Assembly: GCA_002633005.1 (NCBI GenBank)
Contig: NMRA01000039.1
Coordinates: 303,225 to 367,224, forward strand
Length of the DNA stretch: 64,000 bases
Direction: 5' to 3'
DNA from: Phoronis australis
Taxonomy: Eukaryota; Animalia; Phoronida
The translations under genes were made by a program, and so were the position numbers. Shown here in pieces: positions 1-13,200 of this stretch. The notes beneath the pieces were generated by a model, which saw only the letters and a list, made by a program, of their open reading frames with translations, did not search any database and was not told the DNA's origin. Position 1 is the stretch's first letter. Every line of letters begins with the position of its first letter.

Positions 1-171
1 AGGAGTTTTAACTAAAGCCTAATTCGATTTTCGTTTTCTGCCAGCTAAACGGTGCGAAATGCAGCTCTAAGTTTGCGTTGATGCAATGAATTTTAAAATT
101 GTGTAGGAGAAAACGATATGAAAGACTCGCAAGAACTGGCGTTTTGTGTGTTTGGACTTGCTGAAGCTTAC

Positions 172-653
172 ATAAATGTAGTCGATATCTTGCTCCGTCC
201 GTTTTGAGGGCAGTGTCTGTAAGATTTCCTTCGCTTTTTTAGTGAGAGAATGTTGGACCCCAAAGTGCTGCTTGAAATAGTACTTCGAAAACGATTTCTC
301 GTCCTGAAAATTTATGACAATGTTGACTTAATAATAATAATTTCGAATAAACAAAATTATATAAAGAGTTCACATTAAAGTGTTTGCGAGAAATGTGTCA
401 TTCCTGTTGTGAGTCCCAGTACTGTAGTTGATACGACGAATTCATTTTAAATAAGTTCGATAGGAGTGCGTACTACGGAGTGTCCGCTTACCGTTTGAAC
501 GGTGGGGTTAACGTAGAGCAGTTGTGTAGAATGTTTGTCCATCATAGCAGCAATAAAATTCATGTTCAATACGAACTTCCGGCACACGTCTTGAAAACTT
601 CTGCGCAACCACTCTTTCCGGCTTTTCAAAATGAGATTCTCCTCTCCGTTAAG
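172..653 (-). CDS. Two internal exons (653-492 and 303-172) of a probable cyclic nucleotide-binding domain-containing protein (CNBD2-like); the gene continues off the left edge
   Basis: Both exons have ttcag acceptors and GTAAGC donors and are phase 0 (162 and 132 bp). They join in frame as LNGEENLILKSRKEWLRRSFQDVCRKFVLNMNF...VQT/DEKSFSKYYFKQHFGVQHSLTKKAKEILQTLPSKRTEQDIDYIY. The 'AKxIL..P..RTEQDI..I' helix resembles, from memory, the segment preceding cNMP-binding domains. The domain itself is not in the window and upstream exons are unresolved. Confidence 0.6.
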
Positions 654-2964
654 CTGAAACATAATGTTGATCGCTAAAAACATGGGTCGCATTCCGTAAT
701 TGCAAGATAGTCGCGTGCAAACCTAGAGCGATCACGTGCTTCGCTTGTAATTTATGGCGATATCTTGCGAAGGCTTGTGTTATCTACCTTTTCTCTCAAG
801 AAAACTTCTCTACGGAACGTTGCTCTGGTTCTTTAACTGATTGAAATTAGCAACTGTTGCAGAAAAAATTCAATAAGAGAAATGGATTCCATATTGATCG
901 CCTTTAAAACCCTCTATATACGCCAGAAGGATGTCGGTTATCGTTACAGTCAATCGTGAAGTATAAACAATATTCACCTGTTTTGTTCCCAGTGCACATC
1001 TTAAACTTGAATCCCCTAATCCCTCCTTCCGTCACAAAAACGATTGCGACCTTTTACCTTTTTAAAATTGGCCTAACTTGTTTCCTTAGTCAAATTAGCG
1101 GCCATTTCTGGTTTGGAAAGAAGTAACAGTTCGTCTTTGCGAGGGAGGCCACTTATTATGTTCAGATTGCTTTGTCGTCACGGCGTGTCATCTTGTGCTC
1201 TGAGCAATGTTTCAGTAATAAGGAACTGCCATTTTTTTCGGCAAGCCTAGAAACCATTTCCCATTTGGACTAAAAACAAATTCAGATCATTTCATAGCGG
1301 TGATGTCTCAATGAAAGCTTCTTTGGGAAGGCAAGTTCAGTTTCGCATACGTTGCTGTAGCGTTTCCCAAACAGTACAGTGTAAACAATGCTTGATGATT
1401 CAACAAAGGTTGATATAAATCATTGGAGGAACAGCTAAAAATTGAACCGCAAAATGTGAAATTTGCAAATTAAGTACAGTACTCGAAATTATTATTATCT
1501 TACACCTAGGGGCGAATTAAAGGTAATGTGTTCGAAATTGATTTACGTGAATGGCTGTCTAATCGTATACTATGCACTCGATGGCGTCTTGAATATTAAC
1601 GTGCTTTTAAGCAAAGAAACCACCTTTTGACTTGTTTTAACAAGTGACTACAGGTGTACATTCCGTTATAGCACTGCATATCACAATCAAGAGTTCAAGA
1701 TCCCAAAAACGGGAAAATACAAGAAAAGCGACTTCAATTGAAAATTTCTTAGCTTCACGGACACCAGTATGACGTATAAACATACCCAACGCCAGTGTGT
1801 CAACACACTAGTTTTTTGTACAAACTTTTGCCACATCCGCACTTCTCAGATGTACCGAGAGAAAATGAAAAGAGTTGCAGCGTAGTCAAATACTAAGTTT
1901 TTCCAACCACTACAAACGCAACGCCTCGACATTCTTCATTATACTGTAAACCAAGGGAAAACGAGCAGCAACATCTGACGACGTTCCACATTAAAAACCA
2001 TAGAGTGCTGTCATTGCTCGTCCCGATTTTACGTAGTATGTTTCGACCAATAAATGCTCGTACCTCGATATCAGCTCATTAACATATTTTAGGTAGTGTT
2101 TACGGGTGTTTTACTTTGACAGCCAGTCGACTGGTGGGGTTATTTTATTGGTGTTTTAATATGAAATTGTTGATTTAAGCACTTTAAAGAGCTCGTCAAA
2201 AATATCTTTTAAATTGTTCCTGAAGAAAGTATTGTCTCGCAACGTCTACAACAGAGTAATTCATTTTCCCCTGTGAAGAAATTTCCTGAAAAAATAACAA
2301 AATCCACGATTTTTGTAGCACGCCTTAAGGAAAAACTCCCTACCACTTATAATAAATGCGCGCATGTGCTCACAGCGATTCGACAAACAGCTGGCTGGCA
2401 AGATGGATATAAACGGCAGATTATCGTATGTGCTGGCAGTAATCTGGGAGTGACAGCACAGTATGAGGCAAGCCAGTGAAGCAGACGTGTGTATTTTAGA
2501 ATATATTTGAATACCAGGATATCGTTATAATTAATTTTCAAAAGTTAGGACTTAATCAATTGCCTCTTAATCGGACTGGCTGCTGCTTGAAGTCAGCATT
2601 TTTGTTTACATCTAAGGCCAAACGTCTCATTTTTCATGTCTTTGTGTTGCAAACCAAATAATGAGACGTGCTTTGCCTTGTGGGAGAAAATCGACAACGT
2701 GACAAGCAGTTGACAGATAGCCTTTTGAAATTTGAAACTAAAAGAAACATGCTTTGACATAAACAGAAATTCGAAATCATAACGAGCAAACCGTAAATTT
2801 AAAATGCCTGGTGGCCAGGTTGAATTCTGTTGCAATTGCAGAGAACTACTTTAAATAATGCAATTTATCTTGCTTTTCGCGTTCCAGGCTTCTGCAAGGC
2901 AGTTTGAAACTCGAAATCTTAAGCTTTTACTTGAGTCTGTAGTCCATGTGTAAGGCTCATCAAG

Positions 2965-3146
2965 CATGCGCGCACCCAGCCTAAAATAGGGGGCTCGAAT
3001 TTTGATAATGTAGACCTTTCAGTGGACTTTTGTCTCGTTTTCTACTTTTTCGGACTTTTTGTTTCTCTGAGACGGACCTTTTTGTCCACTTCGCCAAATG
3101 GGTGGGGGATCATTCGAGCCTCCCGAGCCCCCCATTTGCGCGCATG
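2965..3146. mobile_element. Short MITE-like element
   Basis: Terminal inverted repeat CATGCGCGCA...TGCGCGCATG, with internal GGGGGCTCG/CGAGCCCCC inverted motifs. No clear target-site duplication (TSD). Confidence 0.5.
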
Positions 3147-3253
3147 TCACGTGTCAAGTTGTAGTAGAAACTCACGATTTGACTATTGTGTACACGAGCA
3201 CAGAACAATCGTCTTGAGTTCGTAGTATCAGGAAGAGATAGTATGCATGTAAT

Positions 3254-4615
3254 CTAATCTCTGATTATGGGTATACTTACATTAATTTCTTCCAAGTGCG
3301 AAACAATTTGCTTTCGGGTCATTCCACCTCTTCTCCCAGAGCTTTTCTTATAGTCTTCTGCGCAAACTTCTTGCATCGCCGGGTCGCTCTGTTTTGGCAA
3401 AGAAAATAGATCAAATTTGTCCTTTGGTGGTTCTCGAATACTTTGCGTTTTGTAATCTCGCTGCACTGCGATACTTCTTCTCGGTTTTAGCTGTACGCTT
3501 TCTGAAAGGCGCTTCCGACGCTTTTCGAACGTTGGTAACGAAGTAGTCTCCCACCTGCTTCTGTCTTGAAGAAAACGGGATTCCAGATCTTTTTTTGATT
3601 GGTGTAGACTTTGTTTGGTAGATTGCTTTTGGCGTTTTACTTTCGGTTGTGTCCTATTTTTTCCAATGGAAAAATCACTGTGTACATTACTTCCGACGAC
3701 AGTATGGCTTTTGATTAAGTTTGGCTGTGTCATAAAAATTCTATTTTTGTCTTCTATCTTATCAAGTGATCCACTGTCGTCAATGGCAAATTTACATATA
3801 TTTTTCTTCTTGTCGTTGCTTGCCTCTACGTTGCTTGTAGAGACGGCTGTTTCGTGAAGACGTGTTCTGCTGACTTTGGCATAACCAGGTTGTTTCGGTT
3901 CCCGTACAATTTCCAGTCCTACCGACGGTATGCTATGAGCCTGCTGGACAGGATTGCAAGTGATTCGGGAGGGTCTGTTGCGCGTTGGCGTTTTTGAGGA
4001 TTCCCAGTGTCTAAGATCTTTGTTGTTTACCAATGGCCTCGAATTCGTAACAGAATTCATAAGGACCGTTGTTTTGCGGCGCTCTCTTCGCATGGCTACC
4101 TCCCATGATTTCCGAGCAATGTTCACACGTTCTTGTCTAAACCTTCTCTTATAATTTTCAATGTCAGCATCAAAATCTATGTTGTAGAAGTCAGTTAACC
4201 TTCTTCGACACGGTGTGCCACTGGGTCTTTCAGATTTTAAAAATGACTTTAATTCGGTCTTTGTCTCTTTGAGATGTTCTCCTTTGCCCTCAGAACTTTT
4301 TCTAGAAATGAGTTTCTTTTTCTTAGTGACTCGTTTTGTAGATATCGACTGTTTAACCAACGGGGGTAGAATAAGACGATTGTTGGTCTCGGGTTCACTT
4401 TGAATTTTTGGTAGAGTCTTCTTTCTACATACTTTAAAATCAACACTCTTACATAGTCTAGGATCTCTATGTATTGTTGGCAATTGAGGATTGTTGAGAC
4501 TGTTCTGGCTAACTTGAAAGCTTGATCTTGGCTTCAGTTGTTCTGTTATCGAGTATCCCTGTATTCGTGGGAGGATGACGGATGAGTCTTTGGACTGAGA
4601 AGATAGTAAATCCAT
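3254..4615 (-). CDS. Uncharacterised 453-aa Lys/Arg/Ser-rich, probably disordered protein in a single large coding exon
   Basis: 1.36-kb stop-free ORF in AT-rich DNA. A splice acceptor (cttttaag at 4623) lies 7 nt before ATG 4615. Recurrent LPxI/LPxL motifs (LPRI, LPTI, LPKI, LPPL). No recognisable domain. Confidence 0.7.
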   Translation of the reverse strand: MDLLSSQSKDSSVILPRIQGYSITEQLKPRSSFQVSQNSLNNPQLPTIHRDPRLCKSVDFKVCRKKTLPKIQSEPETNNRLILPPLVKQSISTKRVTKKKKLISRKSSEGKGEHLKETKTELKSFLKSERPSGTPCRRRLTDFYNIDFDADIENYKRRFRQERVNIARKSWEVAMRRERRKTTVLMNSVTNSRPLVNNKDLRHWESSKTPTRNRPSRITCNPVQQAHSIPSVGLEIVREPKQPGYAKVSRTRLHETAVSTSNVEASNDKKKNICKFAIDDSGSLDKIEDKNRIFMTQPNLIKSHTVVGSNVHSDFSIGKNRTQPKVKRQKQSTKQSLHQSKKDLESRFLQDRSRWETTSLPTFEKRRKRLSESVQLKPRRSIAVQRDYKTQSIREPPKDKFDLFSLPKQSDPAMQEVCAEDYKKSSGRRGGMTRKQIVSHLEEINVSIPIIRD

Positions 4616-5127
4616 GTACAACCTTAAAAGAAACCGTCGATTAAAATTGACACGTAACGAACAAATATTACGGCAGCGATTTTTTAATTTGGGTTAAAAC
4701 CATTAACAATTGCCGTTTTTTGAAATTTTCAATGACCGACTGCAGTGCTGCAACAGTCTTTTCACATTCATAGTCACGCATGCCCAGAAGCTCGGCAAGT
4801 CGATGTGAATGCACGACGCATAAGGTGAGTGCCATTGGAAGGGGCATTGTAAATTACTTTGGATTGGTGTCCTCGGACGAGAGCACCTGTTAGACGAAAT
4901 ATCTGTAAAAGGCTTTGGGTCGTAGACCACAGACTGTGACCATTTTCAAGAGACAGTTTTTTATGTTTTGATATCACAAAGCGTTGTATTTTATTATATA
5001 ACTGCAAAAAGTTAAAGTGTTTAAACTTACAAATTTGGCTTGGCTGATTCTGCAAATTGGACATGGGATAGAAGATAGTTAAAAATTGAATTTGATGTTC
5101 GTAAGGGGCAATATTTCCATAGTATAT

Positions 5128-6210
5128 ACCTCCGGCATAAGGACATGGTACAATCTGTAGGGTCTGGGTTTTGTACCATCCACGAGATGGAAGGCGATAA
5201 AGGGGAAGGAGAGGAGCGATTTGATACTCAGGGAAATTCGTAGGGACGAAGTAGAGAAGCGTGTCGCTCGAGCAATTGGTATGAAGAGACAGTGCGAATG
5301 GACCACCTGGGACGGAGTGCCGGGAAGGACAATAACAGCAGCAGACCTTCTCCACACCGAGTAGCAAAGGATGAGGTTTTTAATACGCTTAGTGTATGAC
5401 ATCTTACCAACGGGGAATAACCTGAAGCTACGGGAAAAGGAGGACGACGACAGATGCAGCAATTGTGGTGAAGTAGAGGCTCTACAGCATGTCTAGTTCT
5501 CAGTGTGGCAGGGTGGCCCTGGCTGAGAGGAAGTACACTTGGCGTCACAACAAGGTCCTTAAGGAAATTGCCCACACACTAGACCTGGAGAGAAGAACCA
5601 AGTGCAAGGCAGTGAACAAGCGTATTGACTATATGTCAGCGAGTTGCAAGAGGGGCATCAGTAACACAGGAGGTACCTTATAAAGGTAATGATTGGTGCA
5701 TGGAGGCAGATATGGGGAAACAAAGCAGATTCCCTACCCATATAGCTTCAACATGTTTAAGACCTGGCATTATTTTGTGGTCAGGTACAGCGAAGGTGAT
5801 AGTCTTGGTGGAGTTAGCTGTGCCATAGGAAACCAGGATACAGGAAGTCCAGGAGAGGAAAGCTTTGAAGTACAGCGAGCTGAGCCATGAATGCTCGAGG
5901 AATGCCCGGAATGGAGGTGCTTCAGTTTACCAGTTGAGGTAGGAGCTAGAGGTTTTGTGGCATCAAGCATGTGGAGGATGTCTTGGATGCTGGGAATTTC
6001 AACTAAGTCAAAGAGGCCTATGATGAAGTCGATGGCAGCCGCAGCGGAATTAGCATCGTCATGGTTGTGGTTACAGAAGACCAAACAGTGAAAGAATCTC
6101 CGTCAAACCGGAGCCTGATCAACTTTGGGGGCCTAGCGTTGGAGCGCCGAAACATGGTTTGAACACGCCATTTTGCTGATGATTGACGTTGGGAGCAGAG
6201 AATCATCATC
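5128..6210 (+). mobile_element. Decayed, 5'-truncated RLE-type non-LTR retrotransposon (HERO/NeSL-like): 3' end of ORF plus 3' UTR
   Basis: Stitched frames read GLGF..RWK..KER..LILREIRR...W..W...VYDILPTGNNL...CSNCGEVEALQHV (zinc knuckle), KYTWRHNKVL, LRPGIILWS...ELAVP*E...ERKALKY (restriction-like endonuclease, PD changed to PG) and PVEVGARGFV...AAELASSWLW. In-frame stops and frameshifts are present. Confidence 0.85.
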
Positions 6211-8087
6211 TGTTATTTTCCTTGAAGTTCCTTTCCAGGCAGGTATGTACGATCTACCAGTTCTTGCTTATCAACAATTTTCCCTGTCAAAGTGTCGTTT
6301 CTTCATTAGGCAAATCTTACGCTAACAAGTTTTGCACACAAGTGGACGGGAAAGGGTGCACTGTTTACTTCAGTGTATCCAGTGGATTCCTCTACACATC
6401 AAAGACTTGATGACGCCATCGCTTTTCGAGTAAAGGGCTTCACTGAACGTGTTGGATGAGATAATTGGAGTCGTAAACCGCCAACACGCCTGTTTAGCGT
6501 ACACGTTTCAAAGTCAAAAATGCGAAAGGCAAATGAACCACATGACTGTTTCTAAAATTGATAAGTGAATACATGTAGTAGCCGTCTTTGAATGTTTAAC
6601 ATCGATGGGTTTTAAGAGAAAATAGAGAGAAGGTTTTTTTTTGGCTTCGTGGCTAATCCACGAGCATTAATTTATGAATCGATTATGACAGGTTAGTCAC
6701 AGTCTGGCTTAGGCGTTGGAGTTGTCTAATGTTTACAAAATTACACTGGACCGAAGTACAACCATACAGACTACATGTACACGGGTCATACATTTCTCAA
6801 TGCACAAAATCCGTGGTCTTGCGCACAAGCATATACATGTATTGGCCGCGAAGTCACTTTTCAGTTTCCTCCGACATGGAAGTTCGGCAAGCAAGATTTC
6901 GGCTCACTATCCATAAGAAAATATCGGAGATGCGAATCTACGCAGCTTACTAGCAATACAAAAGTTGTTCCATTCAGTTTGCAAGCATGCATGTACGTAC
7001 AGAGTGTACAGCCTAGCCCTAGGTATGCATAGAGTACTTACTTTTCAAAACTGATTTTGTAGATACAAATATATTTTATGGATCGCGAAACGACGAGAAA
7101 GTACACAACTACGCAGTTCACATTCCAGTTGCGTAATCTTTTGTTATCTGTGACGCCAACACACAGCACGTATACGTTGTGGCCAAGTGGGCCTTCCAAT
7201 AGAATTTCGCTTACATCATTGTAATAAATGCAAGGTAAGGGACTCGAAGCTTAGGCCCCATAGATTTGGGACCTCAAGAGCTGCCCAAAGACGTTATCAA
7301 CCGACCATTAGTGTTAAAAACCAAGTTTCTTCCCCTGTGTTTTTGGTCTAATGCTTTGTTTGAATTTAAATTGTTTTCAACAAATCGTTCGGAATTCCGA
7401 CGCTGACAGCCATACTGTTTTTGACAACTGAAACTAACCCGCCGTGACGAGCTACTAATAATGGGCGTGGTCTGGAGAAGTAATGGCCTGCCAGCTCTTC
7501 TCAAGTCTAGAAATCATTTCATGAGACTGGATTTATAACAGTAGCCTAATTAGCCTAAATCAAAAAAATGGTGCCAGGCTTTATAGCCTGGAGAACAATT
7601 TTTGCCAGCCATGGGGCGAAATACACCTGCAACGGGTTAGCTGGGTATGGATAAGTAGTCCTGGCTTCTTATCTCGTCGTACAGTATCTATTAGCTTTTG
7701 TTTTTTGACTTTCGGCTAAAAATCTACAGTCTGCGGATGGCTTGGCCTGCTTCACGTGAACAACTAGGACAGAAAGGCAAACGTCTACAATTCGACCTCA
7801 AAAGACAGTATTTCGTATTCTATTCGTAGTCAGATTTCTGACTTTTAGTTAAAGACAAAACTGATAACATTACGAATAGACTATCTTTTTATGTTAAGGT
7901 AGTCGGATTTCAGACGATGGTCAAGATTCTGAAAGAATAAAAATTTGCTTCTCTTATGTCTATTCGATTGTGTGTCATTATGATTTAACTGAATTGACAT
8001 CTAGGCCTATTGTATGATTATGAAGTTTTGCAATAGGTAAAATTTAGCACATCTCCAAGTAAAATAAAGAGATGTTTACTGAGACAA

Positions 8088-8320
8088 GTGGATGGAAGAT
8101 TGCTGTTTGCTGGATGGAGTATCTCTCGGGCAACCAAAAGGCATGCACAATGTCGTCCGTGTTTTCACTGGCCAACTCGTTCGTTGTTTTGTAATTCCGT
8201 CAACAAAAAACAGCGATGTTTGCATATAGTGTGCGGGAAAACACAAGACGTGCCAGTCTACCACCGGCACGAAGTGACTTAGTGTTTATGCAAACAATGC
8301 CACAAACTATTGACGACTAA
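8088..8320 (+). pseudogene. Possible piggyBac-like transposase C-terminal Cys-rich remnant
   Basis: CFHWP...QRC...VC...*CLCKQCH resembles the HWP/Cys-rich tail of piggyBac-family proteins. It is interrupted by a stop and no DDE core was recognised. Confidence 0.25.
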
Positions 8321-9381
8321 AACTATAGAAGTAAGCAGCGGTGCAAATCACGGTGTTCTCCTTCGAACGGAGCTCTCAATGCGAAGGTGTACCTTCTGAG
8401 GCATATGACGTCACTTTGTGTTCACCTGGGTTGTTCCGTAGACGCAAAAATCTCGCGAAGTCTTCCGTGATCTTGCAGATCCGCGAGCTTCTCGCGTCTA
8501 CGGGATCGCATGCCTGCTTCTCAATAGGATACCGTGACTGGCACTACTCTTTAGTGAATGCTTTAGCTTTGAAAACCCTCAGCTGCCACAGCTTCTATAT
8601 ACATTTTTTTATGCATCTATTGAATTCAAACAGCAGAAGTCCCAATTTTCGAAATACATGTACATGTATCTCAGTCCGCCACCAGTGCAAAATAGGAACA
8701 TTTCACCTACGCGTGACGGAAAACAGCGCGTAAATCATAGCTGGTAGACCTATTTGGAGATTTCATTTGAAAGTCACAGCCATGTCTTAGATGTAATGTT
8801 CGAAGTTGGCAACCACGATTACCCAAAGAAACGTAAGTCATGTAGCACGACTGAATGCTTCTTTGATGAGCTCTGCCGGTGAACAAAGAGCTTGAGCATC
8901 TTCATGAATCATGCCATCGCGCACGATGCTTGAGGCTGTAGATTACGCATCCAGGCCTTGTCTCAACTCTACAGCTATGCTTGTTAATACTGTGTTGTAG
9001 GCTGAAACTCGCAAGTTCCTGATCGCCTTTGTACCCAGATTCGGTGTGCATAGATCAGTTGTTACTGAGAAAAACGGAGAGAGTAATCCATTTGGTGTCT
9101 ACAGTATGTTTATATTACAAAACAGTGTTAGGGTTTGCCAGTTGTCATTATGTGAACTGAAAATGTGAACCAAACAGCAACTGTGAATGTTCGTAAGTCT
9201 GTATCTGAAGAGATGCACAGCATAGCCTTTACTAGAACAAGGTCATTCTCGGAGGTTGCTTCTGTATGGGTTATTCCTACTTTTTATTTTGCTCATAGGA
9301 CGGTTGCTGTGGTTACAAACAGAAAGGAAACAACTGATAGTTGTTGTGCTTGTGAAACAAAGCGCCATCTTTAGTTACCTC

Positions 9382-9387
9382 TTTATT
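9382..9387 (-). terminator. Candidate collagen polyadenylation signal (AATAAA)
   Basis: tttatt on the plus strand, ~860 nt downstream of the collagen stop. Usage not verified. Confidence 0.3.
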
Positions 9388-10243
9388 TTCGCCTCACTTT
9401 CAGCAGACTACAAGATAATACGCTCTTTGTAAAGAGGTAGAAAACCTATATCTACATTCTTCCAGCACCATTGAGAAATCAGGTAGGGCGACAGATGGCA
9501 GTCTATCGCCCATGGCAGTTTATAGCTTTTTATCACAATTAAAATATTAAATGACTACATCACAAGAGTTGAGTTCATCTTGAGATTAACTTAAATTTTA
9601 ACAAGTACTTGGTATACTGTAACTACAGATGAAAGCCTATAAGAGTCCAATGATAAGGCACATGTCCTTTGACAGGAGATGCATCTGTGTGTTTTCAATT
9701 GCAATGAGCAGGTTTGACGAGACGAAGACTGGCTCATCACGTTTACATTCGTCATAGGACATCATGCAACCACGTGATTGCTTCTTGTCGTAAGCTCGTT
9801 GAAGTTGTTTGATAGCAGGCTACGCATGCTGGCTTTTCGCACTGGCTTTGCCAATACAGCAGCTTAAATTGACATTCTATCTCTAGGATGTATTCAAAGT
9901 CTAAATTCCAGTCTCTTCAATTGTTCTAAAGATCCAGTTTAGCGGACCTTGTGTGGCAGTGTTAAAATTCGTTTACAACTCTATGATGGTCAATTCCTCT
10001 GTTGAACACTAGAGACCATGTAAAGCTGTCAATTAGTCTGGACGTAGACACCATTGCAATTGCTTGTAGGCTGAAACTTACAGAATTGACCACCAAAGTT
10101 TCATTCAAGATCCAATATACAGTAAAAGCCGTAAACAAAATCTCAACATTTAGAATACAAAATCAAAAAACCCCACAGATTTATGGAAATAGAGTTGGCC
10201 TCGATGTTTAGAAACTCCGAGTTCTTCACAAGTACTATCTCGC

Positions 10244-13200
10244 CTATAAGAAACAGACCGGGCCGATGTCTATGCCAAACTTTTGATTCTTTCCTCCTAT
10301 ATCGTATGGCGCTATGTCCAAAACTGGTAGACGCATGGTTTTCGTTGTAGACACTTCGAAGACTGTTTTGTCCCACTTGTGATCTCGGTGCTGAAAACAA
10401 AAGTAAGAATGTACTGTAATTTCACAACTGCGGACAAGCCACGCTGTACCAAGAAAGACAATAATACTTGTTAAGCTCAAACTGTAATCAACTTCACTTG
10501 GTCCAGAGTGTCTACTGCATACTTATAGAATATTTACCCAAGTCGTGATAACAATACGCAAAAAGTTGTCATGTTCTTAGGGGTTAATCATGAATTTCCA
10601 ATCAAAGAGTACACATAATACCTCCAATTGTGATGCTGACAGCATTTTATTTTCGCTTCAATCTACAGAGGGGCCATACTCCCCCCCCCTAAATCTGCCA
10701 ACCACAGTGTTGCATATGAGCATGGCGGTGGGTAGTTTTTCAAAGACATTCTTTGACACGACTCTTAATCAAAATCCAGAGCTTATTCAACAATGCCAGT
10801 TTTGGTGACCCAGCACTCACTTACAATTGACTGTTGTTACTAACTGAATGTTACATTTGAAAAGTTTTTATAAATGTTTTGAAGAGTGTTCGTCTCACCA
10901 ACCATATCCAGACAAGTGCAAGACTGACTTATATATGTTTTTTAAAACAACCTTTCTGACACCCATCACTTTTAAGGCTTGCAACAGACCTATGCATTTA
11001 TTTCCAGACATTATGTTGACTTGCATGCATGTAGTTAACAGAAGGCTGTAGACTAGTATCCAGTATAACAGTTAACTGCTGTCAGATTTGTTCTTTTAAT
11101 TAGTCTTGAATTGCTACTCCCCACCAGTGCTGTTTTGGGACCTGGACCTTGTTTAACAATGTTTCTAACTAGCCTTTACCTGGCGCTTATTAAAGGCCTG
11201 CGGTGCTAATAGGCGACACTACGGTATGCTTGTTTTGCATTCAACTCTCATGAAAGGTTAAACTTGTACACTTGAGATAATACCAGATAATCAAGAAGAA
11301 TTGGATATAGTGTTGACAATAAGAGCCCAGAGCCTAAGGTCTGTAGGCTACTCAAAACATTACTTGAAAATTGACCAATTGCGCAACACACTTGAACTCG
11401 AAACATGCAATGTGATTGGTTAATTTTCAAGTCTGCATCTGAGTCGAGTCTGATTTCGGAGATTTGACCCTGGGTACAGATTTATGTTCTAAGTTATACA
11501 CTATAGCCGAGGTCACTGGAAATCAATTTGCGTACGTGACACATACATGTGTTGCCTAGTTAAACGACCATGCTTACCTGGCACCCATCTTCCACAACAT
11601 TGTACTTGAACTTTGACCTTGTGGCCTCCAGGTCGAACAGATTGTATGCTAGAAGTTTGGCAGCTTTACTGTAACTGCTCGTTGACTTATCGTAGTACGC
11701 GACTGAGTTACGGCAGTGGTACGTGATGCGCTGTCGGCCATTTTCGCTCAACATCTGTAGGTATCTCAGTTGAACATTATCAATTTTGTAGGTAAACTGA
11801 AAAATTCAAAGGATAGAAACAAACTTGGAGTAAGTGATTTTGAAAGGAGAGTTTCGCACTGCGGGCACAGCTATTTCAAAGCGTCTTAATCCAAATTGGA
11901 GCTGCTCTTCATTATAGGTACATGTAGGAAGACAAGTGGTGTGAAAGGGTCATCTGCGTACCTGATAAAGGGACACCCACTAAGGTTCGAAAGCTAGTGT
12001 TTTTTTTAATGAATAATTTTACTGGATTTTAAGGTGTTTCCTCTTTTACATTGTCTAATTTTACCTGCTCTTGAAATTTTACATCATTTTTAGTGATTAT
12101 CTGGTTTTCACACCAGCATTAATGTTGAGTACGTAGGGAAGGACAAAAGCCATCATCTGCAATGTTCAGCTAAGTGTCAAAAGGAGACCAAAGGAGTCGC
12201 TGTTCTTGGTTAATTTTTGTGAACAATTACAATATTTTTAGTAGTGGTTTCCATAACATGGCAAGATTCAGAATGCAGTGGGCACTAGATTGAAGAATGT
12301 GAAAGCAGTGACTCGGCCTTAAACAGGTTGAGACCATTTAAAATTGGTGTAGTCTTAACTGATGACTGATTTGAGCATCGGAGTTCCAAACCTGAGTGTG
12401 GTGGTCAAACATGGGTACCGCCATGCTCAAAAAGCTTAATAAGAACATTCTGTTAAAAGGCTATCGGCATGCTTTAAAGCAAGAAACTGAACACCTACTG
12501 AGAATCCATTCTGCATTTCTCCAAACCAAACATGTTCACTCTTTCCTTGATAATAATTGTCCTTGCGTGCCTGAAATATACAATACAACCCATATTATAA
12601 TGCTTCATTCTTCCCCATTCATTGGCTAACACTGTGCGAACAAACAAAACCATTTAATATAGTTTTTTAAGCAGTAGCATAACTGCGGGTAAGCACGCAG
12701 GCAGCTAATCCTTTTTCTCAAATGCGGTTGGCGACCTATGACCTTTTAAGCTAGTGCTTAAACTCACTTATCAACTTATTCATATCAGGAAGTGCCATTC
12801 TCAATATATTTCTTAACATTGACTGCAGGAAGCAGAAAGTTGATCGTCAGCTTCAACTAGGACTGACATACCTCAGCAGCGACATTTAAGGGTAGCAACA
12901 CGACCTCTGTTGGCGAGGTGCTGTAATTGTTACCAGCATACTTTTCATACAAAACCAAACTTAGGGAGCTTCGATGTTTGTATCCTTTCAATGATGATAA
13001 ATCAAGGGAGTACGTAAACCTTGAAATAGCACAAGACGCACCTTACTGGGTTTGGGGTACACGCATGTTTCACCTGTCTTCAAGTTGCAGTGGACAAGAA
13101 TGGCCTCGTTGATTTTACCCAGCTTGGGGTTAATCCAGTAGTCGCCTACAAATAAGCCGTGGACATTGTACAGGTTACCACGGTAAATACACGCGTTAAC

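Noticed and set aside
1160-1960. Possible plus-strand exons of a divergent gene
   Set aside because: Some splice-like signals are present, but there is no consistent reading frame or recognisable peptide.
8400-8520. Promoter-like patch (TGACGTCA, TCTCGCG)
   Set aside because: The motifs are partial and could not be tied to a transcript start.
12872-12960. Candidate COLFI exon ending GAG|GTATG
   Set aside because: The peptide lacks COLFI motifs, and exon 12570-12499 (HVWFGE) fills that position properly.
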